A stretch of DNA of 64,000 nt, taken from positions 7,308 to 71,307 of the forward strand of contig CAZMGT010000009.1 in the NCBI GenBank assembly GCA_964565895.1, read 5' to 3'. Below are positions 36,872 through 46,152 of the stretch, piece by piece; the first letter of the stretch is position 1; the number at the start of each line of letters is the position of its first letter. The notes under the pieces are model-generated. The model was not told the DNA's origin. It was given only the letters and a program-made list of their open reading frames with translations, and ran no database searches. Made by a program: the position numbers and the translations under genes. The stretch comes from an uncultured Armatimonadia bacterium (GTDB lineage Bacteria; Armatimonadota; Zipacnadia; UBA1398; CAZMGT01).

Positions 36872-38059
36872 TCACACGCCCTGGGCCGTGGGCTGCTCCG
36901 CCCCTGGCGCTTGGAGCATACCCACGAAGCTCTCTATGCGGGTGCGCAACGGCTCAACGTCCTCCGCGCTGTAGTCCGTCTCTAGCTCGAGCACGGGCAC
37001 GCCAGCCTCTCGCAGCGCCCGGGCAAGCGGCGCCGCCTGCACCGCCGCCGGCGCGCACCCGCGCAGGATATGATACACCACGCCGGAGACCTCGAAGTCG
37101 CTCAGCGCTCGCCGAACGAGCGCCACGCGGCGGCCCACGGGGAGGGAAAACGTGCAGGCGCAGCGCTCCACAGCCCGCCGGGCGAGCCAGAGGAGCATCT
37201 CGCGCAGCCTCCCCCGCGGGGCTCCATTTTCATACAACACATTTAGGCGCGAGCAGAATTCCTCGCACACGATGTCCGCCCCCGCCTGCTCGATGAGCCG
37301 GGGGAGCTTGTCGTTGGGCCAGATGATCGGCGCCCCGGTGAGCAAAACGCGCGGCCGCGCGGGGCGGCTTTCCCTTGGCGCGCGCGCCAGGGCGTCCGCG
37401 AGCCTGCGGCAGGCGGCCGTCCAGCCTGCCACATCTCCGTAATACAGGGCGTCGGCAACGAGCATTGCCTCAGAGCCGGAAATCGCCGGCGGCTTGCGCC
37501 GGCGCAGGGCGAACAGCGCGCGCAGGGCCTGGTGCGCCTGGGCGACGAGGTCGATCGCTTGTTCCAGTCTGGCACGGGTAACGGGGACGTCGGTAATGTC
37601 GGCGAGCCAGGCGCATAGGCCCTCCCACTCGGCGACGACCTCTTCGGCGGGCCTGCCTGGGGAAAGATCAATGAGGAACACATTGCCCTGCGCGCGGAGG
37701 AGGTCCGCGAGCTTGGTCTTCCAGTCGCAGGTGGTGCAGACGACGATGGCCTCGAGCTCTGCGGCAAGGCCCGCGCGTAGCGTATCCCACGCCGCGGCGA
37801 CCACGGGGCAGGAGTCGCGGGCAAGGGGCGCGCCCGGCGCGCTTTCCCCCCACGCGCCGGCGCACAGGCGAAAGGGCACGGCCCCCGCGGCAAGGAAGAG
37901 CTCCTGGGGTAGGACGGTGCAGAAGTAGCCGACGACCTTCTTGCCCCCGGCGCGCGCCGTCTTAAGCCAGGCGGCGCCTCGGTCGCTAAGCAGACGCTGA
38001 AAGTACTGCTCCGCCTGCGGAGGGACGGGGCACGAAAAGCGCACGCTTGCTTGGGGCAT
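36872..38059 (-). CDS. 2-hydroxyacyl-CoA dehydratase / double-cubane-cluster protein family subunit (paralog 2)
   Basis: MPQASVRFSC... start at ATG 38059. The ORF-track extension to 38212 overlaps the upstream gene. Cys motifs RDSCPVVAAAW, CTTCDWKTKLA, CEEFCSRL, CACTF. Confidence 0.7.
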   Translation of the reverse strand: MPQASVRFSCPVPPQAEQYFQRLLSDRGAAWLKTARAGGKKVVGYFCTVLPQELFLAAGAVPFRLCAGAWGESAPGAPLARDSCPVVAAAWDTLRAGLAAELEAIVVCTTCDWKTKLADLLRAQGNVFLIDLSPGRPAEEVVAEWEGLCAWLADITDVPVTRARLEQAIDLVAQAHQALRALFALRRRKPPAISGSEAMLVADALYYGDVAGWTAACRRLADALARAPRESRPARPRVLLTGAPIIWPNDKLPRLIEQAGADIVCEEFCSRLNVLYENGAPRGRLREMLLWLARRAVERCACTFSLPVGRRVALVRRALSDFEVSGVVYHILRGCAPAAVQAAPLARALREAGVPVLELETDYSAEDVEPLRTRIESFVGMLQAPGAEQPTAQGV

Positions 38060-38072
38060 GGTTTGCGCCACG

Positions 38073-40718
38073 CTAGGAGAGCCTGGCCCGGGCCAGGTTA
38101 AGTGCGTTTTGTAGGGAGTTTTTCGCCTGCCACTCCATACGCGCCTCCACGGCGGGGCCGCGGTCGAAGTCATTGATGGCCAGGCCAAAGCCGAGCTCGG
38201 CCCCCGGGGCAAACCGCGCCCGGGGGAAGTTGAGCAGGGGAAGCGCCGCCTCGATCACATATCCCTCGCTCGTGCGCACGCTGGCCAAGATCTCCTCGAT
38301 CCCGTGGCGGTTCATGCTTACTGGGCCCACGTCGAACGTGGGGTAAATAAGCGAGAGCTTGGGCTTTTGCAGCAGCCCCGCCGCGGGGGTAAGCCGCAGG
38401 CGATAGAACCCCTCCGTGGGCCGCGGCTCGCGGAACGGCGCCCGCCGCGCGTCGAGCACAAGCTCCACGGAGTCGCACGCGGCAGGGTTAAAGTCGTCGG
38501 CGTGGACGACGTCGTCGCGCACCGCCGCGGCAAGGTAGAGATAGTCCTCGTCGTAGGCGAGGTAGACGGTTGCAGAAAGGTCGCTCGCGCCTTGCCGCTG
38601 CTCCGCTCCCTGGGCAACCTGCGCCGCGGAGGAGATGCTAAGCGGCCGTAGGCCCAGCTTGCGCCAGTCGCCCAGCGCGCCGTCAATGGCGATCGCCCCG
38701 CGCGCGACCTTGGCGATGGCCAGCTCCTTTTGCGCAGTGGCCTGGGCGACAAGCGCGGGCTTGTCCTCAGGCGCAAGCCCCGCGGCGACAGCTTGCTGGT
38801 ATAGCGCGGCGAGCTCGTCCGGCCGGACAACGAGATACTCGTTGCCCAGGGCGCGCGCGGCGCGGGCGATTAGGGCAACGACGTCTTCCTCGGGCGAAAA
38901 CTGCGTTTCGTCAATGCCCACGAAGACAAACCGCTCAGGCCTGCCCCGCAGCTCGGCAGGGAGGTTTTCGAGCACCTTGCGGCTCGCGGCGACCGAGCGA
39001 AAGGCGCAAAAGACGGGCCTTTGCCCCACGCGGAACGAGCTGCGCTCGAGATACTCCCCCGCGGCGTTGGTCCCGTAGAGAATGGCGCGCAGGCCGTCGA
39101 TCACAGTAGTGTAGCGCTGCAGGGTCTGCTCGTCGGCGGCGTCGACCCACAATGTGTCGATGCCCAACAGGCTCATGTAGCCCGCTGTGCTCTGGAGGAA
39201 GTATTGGAAGATCTTGTCCTTTTCCTTAAACGCCTCGCCGAACACGGGCGCGTGAATTTCGCCCATGCCGGACATGTCCGCGACGAAGCAGTCGTTGGCC
39301 GAGGCAGTGAGGTAGAAGTATTTCAGCAAGTTGGGGAAGGCGTCGGCCGCGGCGAGGGGGATCGCCCAGCCCAGGGGCAAGGAGCCCCGGCTTTGATAGT
39401 CCCAGTGCACCGGCCGCTCGTTGAGGAAATAGCCGAGCGAGTTGCCGCACGTTAAGCAGAAGGCGAGGTATTTTTTGTTCGCCTCGAGCTTAACCTGGCG
39501 CGGGGGCTTGGGGCGCAGCGGCTCGCGCTGGACCGGCCGCTCGCCGGAGTGATACGAGATGTTGCGCGCCCCGCGGCAGTCGATAAAGAACTTGCCAAAG
39601 CGCGAGAACAGGCGCAACAAGCGCGTGCGCTTTTGCTCAAGCTCGGGGTCGTCTTTCGTGCCGATAACGCCGATTATCGGGCAGTTTTGCGGGGTTTTGC
39701 TCAAAATAAGCTCCAGGGTGCGCTCGTCCATGTTCGTGTCGCCGTCGATGTAAAAGGTGAACAGGTCGAACTGCGTAACATAGTCGGTAAGGTCCGTTTC
39801 GCCCGCGCTGCCCAGCGGGGGGATAAAGACCAGGGCGAACTTTAGGCACTTGTCCCAAAGGTTGTTCAGCGCCCAGGTATATACGGCCATCGTCGCCTGC
39901 TTCTCGTCGCCGTTGTAGGTGGCCAAGTTCCACTGCTTCATCTGCGTTGTGTCGAGCACAGGAAGCTGGGGCACGCGATCTTGCATCCCCTGCGCGGACC
40001 AGCTTTGCTGGACGAACTTGCGATAAAGCTCCGGGGTCAGGGGCAGGGCGTTTTCCACCGCGCACAGCGTGCGCACCACGTTAAGCACGGCGCGCGGCTG
40101 GGCCGGCTTGGCGTTAGGGTCGAGCAGCGCCGGGTCGTAAAGGACAATGGCGTTAAACTCCGGCGGCTGCAGCTCGTTAACAAAGCGCTTTATCCCCATG
40201 AGCAGCTTGGACTTGTCGATTCTATAGCCCACCTGCTGGGGCAAGGGCTTGCCCCGGGCCCAAATGCCCATTAGCGGGTCGCCCACCGCGGCGCGGCGCC
40301 ACGGCGCGCGCCGCCCGCGCAGCCAAAAGTCGCCCCGCTCCACGAGATACCACATGGGCACGCGGCGGTTGACGATCCCCGCAAAGGCGCGCGCGGCAAG
40401 CTTTTCCGCAGGGCTCAGCCCGTCGAGCATAATGAGCTTGTTCTTGGCCCACGCTGGCGTCTTCGCTCGGGGAAGAACGCCCTCGTAGCTCTTTAGCTCC
40501 TCGAACGGGGGGAGATCGTTGCGCCGCCAGCAGTTGCACCAGTGCCCGCTGAAATAGCTGAGGTAGACGTCGCTTGGGTTATAGGACGCGGGCTGCGCCT
40601 GGTAGGGGGCTGAGGGAGCGGGCTGCGGCGCGGGCGGTTGGCGCTGGCCCAGACGGGGGAGGATGAGGAGAAGTGCAAAAAGAGAAACAACAAGCGCTGC
40701 GCCGATAAATCTGTTCAC
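38073..40718 (-). CDS. Large secreted protein with C-terminal CBM9/DOMON-like carbohydrate-binding domain, N-terminal ~600 aa of unknown function
   Basis: 881 aa. GTG start with AGGAGG Shine-Dalgarno. Signal peptide MNRFIGAALVVSLFALLLIL. C-terminal ~200 aa (IDGALGDW...YLAYDEDYLYLAAAVRDD...GFGLAINDFD) is CBM9/DOMON-like. Confidence 0.5.
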   Translation of the reverse strand: MNRFIGAALVVSLFALLLILPRLGQRQPPAPQPAPSAPYQAQPASYNPSDVYLSYFSGHWCNCWRRNDLPPFEELKSYEGVLPRAKTPAWAKNKLIMLDGLSPAEKLAARAFAGIVNRRVPMWYLVERGDFWLRGRRAPWRRAAVGDPLMGIWARGKPLPQQVGYRIDKSKLLMGIKRFVNELQPPEFNAIVLYDPALLDPNAKPAQPRAVLNVVRTLCAVENALPLTPELYRKFVQQSWSAQGMQDRVPQLPVLDTTQMKQWNLATYNGDEKQATMAVYTWALNNLWDKCLKFALVFIPPLGSAGETDLTDYVTQFDLFTFYIDGDTNMDERTLELILSKTPQNCPIIGVIGTKDDPELEQKRTRLLRLFSRFGKFFIDCRGARNISYHSGERPVQREPLRPKPPRQVKLEANKKYLAFCLTCGNSLGYFLNERPVHWDYQSRGSLPLGWAIPLAAADAFPNLLKYFYLTASANDCFVADMSGMGEIHAPVFGEAFKEKDKIFQYFLQSTAGYMSLLGIDTLWVDAADEQTLQRYTTVIDGLRAILYGTNAAGEYLERSSFRVGQRPVFCAFRSVAASRKVLENLPAELRGRPERFVFVGIDETQFSPEEDVVALIARAARALGNEYLVVRPDELAALYQQAVAAGLAPEDKPALVAQATAQKELAIAKVARGAIAIDGALGDWRKLGLRPLSISSAAQVAQGAEQRQGASDLSATVYLAYDEDYLYLAAAVRDDVVHADDFNPAACDSVELVLDARRAPFREPRPTEGFYRLRLTPAAGLLQKPKLSLIYPTFDVGPVSMNRHGIEEILASVRTSEGYVIEAALPLLNFPRARFAPGAELGFGLAINDFDRGPAVEARMEWQAKNSLQNALNLARARLS

Positions 40719-40936
40719 CGCTTGCCTCCTCCTGGGGCGAAATTTTCCTCGGTTAAATTCACCGGCGGGGGGTGTTTCCCTCCCATATATAATCGCAATT
40801 ATGTAAAATCGGCGCGCGCAGCGAGGGCACTGCCCGGAGCCGCCCGCTGTTTGATCAGTTGAGCTTGGCCGCCCCTGCTGCTACACTTGCACTGCGCTTG
40901 ACCGCGGGGCGCGAGCTTGAGGTTGGCGCGAGGGCC

Positions 40937-42190
40937 ATGAGGGTTATCGAGCTATACTCGCCGCACGTGCACTCCGTCTGCTATTCCATCCACGTCGGCG
41001 CGGGGAGCCTTACCGACCACCCGAGCAAACCGGGGGTGGCCCTGCTTACCCAGCGCTGCGTGGTGGAGACCGACTCCGCCGTGCGGCGCCGGGGGATCGC
41101 CCACGGGCGATATACGAGCGGCCACGTTACCCCGGGCGAGGCATATATTTTCGTCAGCGGGCACCGCTCGCGGGGCCAGGAGATCGCCGAGCTTGTGCCC
41201 AGGTTCTTGCGCGAGGCGCAGTTTACCGAAGAGGCCCTGGAGCTGGAGAAGTCCGTCCTCTGGGAGAGCCTGCCCGAAAGCTACGAGGTGCCCTATGACG
41301 TGTCCGACCTGATCCACCGCGTGCTCCTCGAGGAGGGGCTGAACTTTAGCGTGACGGGCACGCGCGACACCCTGCCCAGCATTACCGTGGAGGACGTCGC
41401 GCGCCGGTTCGACATGTACTGGGTGCAGCCCGATGTCGTGCTTTCCGTCGCCGGCGCTTATCGCGAGAGGGACCTGGCCCTTGCCGCGGAGGGCTTGCGC
41501 CAGGTTATCGAGGCTTCGGGCAATCCCCCACCTCCGCGGCTGCACGGCGGGCTAACCCGCGAGCGGCGGACGGTCATTGTGCCTACGGTGGACGAGCGGT
41601 TTAGCCTGCACCTGCTCTTTCCGGACACCGAGGGCGGCCCGCGCACGCAGTTTATGCTGCGCGTGCTCGACTGCGTGCTCGGCAACGGGCCGGACTCGCG
41701 CGTCGTTAAGCGGTTGTCCTGGGAGCTGGGGCTAGGCGATATGGCCGGTTCGGACCTGTGGTATCTCAACGATGTCCTCGTGCTCGAGGTCTACGTTCAG
41801 GGGAGCTACGCGCGGTTTAAGAAGACGGTGGGCGCGCTCGCGCGGAGCGTGGAGTCGTTGTTCTTAGAGCCTCCGGAGGACGCCGAGGTGGAGGAGGCGC
41901 TGACCATCCTCTCCCACCTGCAGGACTATCTCTTGGACGACCCGCAGACGGCGGCGCCCCTGCGCGGGACGAACTTTTTCCTCAGCCGGCTGAGCAGCGC
42001 AAACGAGTTCGACAAGATGTTCGGCGGGCCGCGGCACGTGGGCCCGGGGGACGTGCACGAAGTGGCCCAGCGCATTCTCTCCTGGGACAACCTGTCCATC
42101 CTCTACATGGGGCCGGACCCCGAGGCCACGGCGGAGTTTCTCGAGCACACCTGGCCCTACAAAGAAGCGGAGATTTGGGACAACGTATAG
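40937..42190 (+). CDS. M16 (pitrilysin/insulinase) family peptidase-like protein lacking the HxxEH zinc motif (probable pseudo-peptidase)
   Basis: MRVIELYSPHVHSVCYSIHVGAGSLTD...GVALLTQRCVVE aligns by eye to the M16 N-domain, where the HFLEH zinc site is replaced by LLTQR. ATG 40937 is used; the ORF-track TTG 40859 is the alternative. Confidence 0.5.
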   Translation: MRVIELYSPHVHSVCYSIHVGAGSLTDHPSKPGVALLTQRCVVETDSAVRRRGIAHGRYTSGHVTPGEAYIFVSGHRSRGQEIAELVPRFLREAQFTEEALELEKSVLWESLPESYEVPYDVSDLIHRVLLEEGLNFSVTGTRDTLPSITVEDVARRFDMYWVQPDVVLSVAGAYRERDLALAAEGLRQVIEASGNPPPPRLHGGLTRERRTVIVPTVDERFSLHLLFPDTEGGPRTQFMLRVLDCVLGNGPDSRVVKRLSWELGLGDMAGSDLWYLNDVLVLEVYVQGSYARFKKTVGALARSVESLFLEPPEDAEVEEALTILSHLQDYLLDDPQTAAPLRGTNFFLSRLSSANEFDKMFGGPRHVGPGDVHEVAQRILSWDNLSILYMGPDPEATAEFLEHTWPYKEAEIWDNV

Positions 42191-42436
42191 CGCGCCTGGC
42201 GCGCCCCGCGTCGCCTGCTCTGCCCCGGCCCTCCCCCTCGTTTAGCGACAAGCGGCACCTGGCAGCCCCAAGCCCTGTGGCGAGGCGCCCTTACTCCGCT
42301 TGCAAACGCTACTTTGCGGCAAGTTTTCCGCCCTGTGAAAAAAATGTGGAAAAAATGTAAAGCAAGGCGTTTAGGCGGCGCTTGTCTGTGGAATTAAGGG
42401 TACACCGCTCGGAAAACGCGGGCGGGAGGCCCGATT

Positions 42437-43570
42437 ATGAGAGCAAAGGTAGCCGTTTTAGCGATCTGCGCGCCGGCGGTGGTTGTCAGCGTGCTGGGCT
42501 GCTCCGCCGGCGTTATTGATATCGGGCCCATCCCCAACCCATCGCAGGGCGAGGAGCGCGCCCCAGCGGACGACGGGCTCGCCGCTCCCACCCCCTCGCC
42601 CATCGCCGAGCCCCAACCCGGAGATGACGCCGCTCCCGCGCCCACACCGTCGCCAGAGCAAACGCCGAACGAGCCTCCGACAACCCCGGCCGATCCTGGC
42701 CAGTCGCTAATCTATGGGCACGTGGTAGACGCCCTGCAGCCGGACTTGGGCATCCCGCAGTCCTATGTCTACGTTCCCAAGCCCGCCACGGGCCAAGGCA
42801 CCGCGGGCGTGCGCCAGGAGGTGCTCGTGGGCGACTACTCCGACGATTCAGGCTACTACGAGCTGCGCGGTGTGCCCGCGGGCGATGTGACGGTCGTCGT
42901 CGAGCCCCCGCCCGACTCCGGCTATCAGAGGATCGAGATCCAGACGACCCTCGCCCCGGGCCAGCAGATGCGCCTGCGCATTACCCTCGTCTCCGAGGAG
43001 GTCTTCGCCCAGCTTAAGCAGGTTATCGTTAGCCCCAGCGCCGCCGAGGTCACCGTGGGGCAGACGCTGCGCTTCTCCGCGGCGGTGCTCGACATCTACG
43101 GCAACGTCCAGCCCATCCAGCCGATTTGGGTCGTCGTCGGCGGTGGGGGGACGATCGACGAATACGGCGTGTTCCGCGCGGGCAATGAGCCCTGCCAGAC
43201 GACAGTGGTGGCCATTGCCGGGAGAAAGACGGGCACGGCCGCGGTGTCCGTTGTCCGGCCGGAGTTTAGCGTTTCCCCGCGCGAGCTTGACTTTGGCTCG
43301 CTCGCCTGCTCGCAAACGCTGCAAATTGTGGAAAACGCGGGCCAGCTCCAATGGACGCTCGAGGAGTCCGCGCCGTGGCTTTCCGTTGCCCCGACAAGCG
43401 GCAGCGGCTCGGCCGCGGTAGCCGTCTCCGTGTCGCGCGAGGGCCTTGAGCCGGGGCTTTACGAGTGCGCGCTTGTGCTGCGCACCAACGGGGGCACGCT
43501 GAGCATCCCCGTGCGCATGGAGGTCTCGCGCACGCTAATTGAGATCCACGCGGCGAGGGGGGTGCGCTAA
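42437..43570 (+). CDS. Hypothetical lipoprotein with Pro-rich linker and Ig-like/carboxypeptidase-regulatory-like beta domains
   Basis: MRAKVAVLAICAPAVVVSVLGCSAG has a lipobox. ~80-aa P/A/T-rich linker, then YYELRGVPAGDVTVVVEPP (CarbopepD_reg-like) and Ig-like/BACON-like segments. GGGAGG Shine-Dalgarno. Confidence 0.5.
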   Translation: MRAKVAVLAICAPAVVVSVLGCSAGVIDIGPIPNPSQGEERAPADDGLAAPTPSPIAEPQPGDDAAPAPTPSPEQTPNEPPTTPADPGQSLIYGHVVDALQPDLGIPQSYVYVPKPATGQGTAGVRQEVLVGDYSDDSGYYELRGVPAGDVTVVVEPPPDSGYQRIEIQTTLAPGQQMRLRITLVSEEVFAQLKQVIVSPSAAEVTVGQTLRFSAAVLDIYGNVQPIQPIWVVVGGGGTIDEYGVFRAGNEPCQTTVVAIAGRKTGTAAVSVVRPEFSVSPRELDFGSLACSQTLQIVENAGQLQWTLEESAPWLSVAPTSGSGSAAVAVSVSREGLEPGLYECALVLRTNGGTLSIPVRMEVSRTLIEIHAARGVR

Positions 43571-45148
43571 GTGGCGCGCTGGGCGAGGGTTATCATCGTG
43601 CTCGCGGGCGGCGTGCTGTGCTCCGTTTTGGCCGCGGGCTGCGCAACGGTGCCCATCGCAGGCGGCCCGCCGGCGGTTGCCCCTGCGCTGCCTGCGCCCG
43701 GCCAAGGCCAGGTTGAGGTGTGCGTTACCTTCCCCCCGCTGCCCGAAGACGCTCGCGGCCCCGCGGCGCGCCTTATCCCCTGCCGCACGGAGTATGTCCA
43801 GGTGCGCATTACCGCGCTGGACATGGAGCCCATCGAGGCCACCCTGCGCCGGCAGAGCGACGAGGGGGGCACGGAAACCCTTCTCCTCACCGTTCCCCCA
43901 GGGCCGGATAGGCACTTTGAGATTACCGCGAAAAAAGCCGACGGCACGGCGCTGGCCAGCGCGCAGCTTAACGCGGAGGTCCTCCGCGGGGCGCTTACCC
44001 GGCTGAGCATCGAGCTTGCCCCGGACCCGGAAAACGCCGTCCCCGTGGCCACCGTCTCCGGCCCGGCGCGGGCATATTTAAACCAGCCGGTAACGTTCGT
44101 CGCCGCGGCCGCCGACCCCGACGGGGCGATCGTCTCCCAACGGTGGGACTTCGGCGACGGAGCGACGGCCTCGGGCGAGGAGGTCACGCACGCATATTCC
44201 GCCCCGGGAACATATACCGTAACGTTTGTCGCCACGGATGACGACGGCATCGAAGCCCGCGCGAGCACGGAGATAACGATAGACAACCGCGTGGAGCGGA
44301 TACTGTTCGTGGGCAGCGACCAAGGCTGGCCTAGGCTGTGCCTGCTCGACCCAGCCACGGGCGAGGTTGCCCCGCTCGAGCCGGTGGAGTCCGCGCGCGG
44401 CTATGCCCCGGCGATCTCCCCCGACGGCACGAAGATCGCCTGCTTCGACGCCACTACGGGCGAGCTGCGCGTTATGGAGTGGAACGGGAGCAAGCTCGGC
44501 GCAAGCTGGGCCGTTACCCCGCCGGATACATACGTCTACGAGCCCTACGGCGTGGCGTTTTCGCCGGATGGGTCAACGCTTGCCTTTGCCGCAACGCTCG
44601 AGGACGTTGACGACGACGGCTCGTCGCTTTACCTGTGCGACGTGTCCGGGGCAAACCTGCGCCAGGTGGTAGACGGCGTGGCGGGCTCGTGCGAGCAGCC
44701 GAGCTGGGCGCCGGACGGCTCTGCGATTTACTTTACCAGGAACAACTGCGCGCTGGTCTGCCACATCGGCCCGGGGGGCGAGGTGAGCGAGCCCGAGCCG
44801 GTGTTCGCCGGCGCCGACTACCTCCGCTGGGCGGCACTCTCGCCCGACGGGACAAAGCTCGCCTATACCCACGCCAACCTGCAGCAGGCGGGTGTCGTGC
44901 GCATAGACGGCAGCGGCGACTGCTACGTCTCGCAGGGGCTGAGCGGCTTGCCCATTTGCGTGTGCTGGTCGCCGCGGGGCGAGCTCCTCGCGCTCTCCGC
45001 CCAGAAGCCCGGAGCGGGGGGAACGCGGTGCGACATATTCGTTAAGGCTTCCGACGGCTCGGGCGAGGCCTTGCGGCTAACGAGCGACGCGCCGGCGATC
45101 GCCGGCCAGCCCATCTGCTGGGGGCAGCTCCTACCGCCCGCGCGGTAG
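43571..45148 (+). CDS. Lipoprotein with PKD domain and TolB-like (PD40) beta-propeller
   Basis: Lipobox LAAGC. PKD signature WDFGDG...YTVTFVATDDDG. C-terminal repeated PDG(T/S)K(I/L)A(F/Y) PD40 blades (SPDGTKIAC, SPDGSTLAF, APDGSAIYF, SPDGTKLAY). GTG start 1 nt after the upstream stop, with GAGGGGGG Shine-Dalgarno. Confidence 0.65.
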   Translation: MARWARVIIVLAGGVLCSVLAAGCATVPIAGGPPAVAPALPAPGQGQVEVCVTFPPLPEDARGPAARLIPCRTEYVQVRITALDMEPIEATLRRQSDEGGTETLLLTVPPGPDRHFEITAKKADGTALASAQLNAEVLRGALTRLSIELAPDPENAVPVATVSGPARAYLNQPVTFVAAAADPDGAIVSQRWDFGDGATASGEEVTHAYSAPGTYTVTFVATDDDGIEARASTEITIDNRVERILFVGSDQGWPRLCLLDPATGEVAPLEPVESARGYAPAISPDGTKIACFDATTGELRVMEWNGSKLGASWAVTPPDTYVYEPYGVAFSPDGSTLAFAATLEDVDDDGSSLYLCDVSGANLRQVVDGVAGSCEQPSWAPDGSAIYFTRNNCALVCHIGPGGEVSEPEPVFAGADYLRWAALSPDGTKLAYTHANLQQAGVVRIDGSGDCYVSQGLSGLPICVCWSPRGELLALSAQKPGAGGTRCDIFVKASDGSGEALRLTSDAPAIAGQPICWGQLLPPAR

Positions 45149-45226
45149 CCGTTTCTCTCTCCCATCGCTGCGGCCCCTGCCGTGCCCCGCGGGGGCTGCA
45201 GCTATTTTCGGCCGCTTCCGCGCCGG

Positions 45227-46012
45227 TTAGCTGCTTGGGGAAAGAGGCGAGTACTTCAGCGTCAGCTCCACGAGCTCGGCGATCATGTTCGGCTTGTGTT
45301 TGGTATATACGCCGACGCATACGGCGTCTTTAGGCTTAATGTGCGAGAAGGCATAGGCAAACGCTTCGTCGGGGTCGTTGCGCCCCGCGGCGAGGATTTT
45401 ATAGCCGATTACGGGCTTGGGCAGCTTGCGGATGGTCTCTGTGTTTTTCTCGCGGTCTTCGGCAAGGTAGTTCTCGCCGCGCTGGAAGATGTTGTAAAAG
45501 CATTGCACGTAAAAGTCGGTGGGCAGGCCGAGCTCCTCCGCAGCAAGGTGCACGTCGGGCTGGTGCGAGGCCATGCCCGCAGGCAGTCCGTGCTCCTTAA
45601 TCCGCTCCAGCCACGGGCGCAGCTCCTCAAGCTTGCCCTCGGCAAACTTGCGGTCCGTTACCCCGCCGTGGATGTAAATCGCCGCCGCGCCAGAGCCCGC
45701 CGCTTGGTCGATGTTGTCGAGCTGCGAGGCCCGCTCCGGCGCCGTCTGGGCGATCCACTGCTTAACCAGCCCGCCCTCCTGCCAATATTCGCGCAAAAGG
45801 CGCTGAATGTGGTTGTCCGCGCGGCCGACAAACGTGTTTATCCCCGCCTCCGCCGCTTCGTTAAGCGTCTGCTTAATGCGCGCCACGGTATAGTAGTCGC
45901 GCATTTCTTCGTTTAGCTCCGCGGACTGGTGGGAGAACCCCGAGAACGGGTTTCCGCCGATGATCAGTCGGGTAACCTCAAGCGTTCCCAGGCGCACGGT
46001 GGGCAAAGCCAT
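45227..46012 (-). CDS. Hypothetical protein (possible TIM-barrel-like)
   Basis: 261 aa with no signal peptide. Weak N-terminal resemblance to aldo-keto-reductase-type barrels (VRLGTLEVTRLIIGGNPF) only. GGAGG Shine-Dalgarno. Confidence 0.4.
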   Translation of the reverse strand: MALPTVRLGTLEVTRLIIGGNPFSGFSHQSAELNEEMRDYYTVARIKQTLNEAAEAGINTFVGRADNHIQRLLREYWQEGGLVKQWIAQTAPERASQLDNIDQAAGSGAAAIYIHGGVTDRKFAEGKLEELRPWLERIKEHGLPAGMASHQPDVHLAAEELGLPTDFYVQCFYNIFQRGENYLAEDREKNTETIRKLPKPVIGYKILAAGRNDPDEAFAYAFSHIKPKDAVCVGVYTKHKPNMIAELVELTLKYSPLSPSS

Positions 46013-46152
46013 AGCCGTTCGGCCTCCAAAGCTGTCGCGGTTTGGTCATCAGGAGGGTAGTGCACTGCGGCGAAAAACTCAAGCGCCGCAGCGGCGGGTA
46101 AGTCTGCGCTGCGGCGCTTTCTTTTTGTGCAAACGGCGGGTTCGGGCGCTTC

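Noticed and set aside
42190-42207. Perfect GC palindrome gcgcgcctggcgcgc immediately after the M16-like stop as a possible terminator
   Set aside because: The loop is too short and no U-tract follows. It is more likely a chance palindrome in GC-rich DNA, or at most a weak stem.
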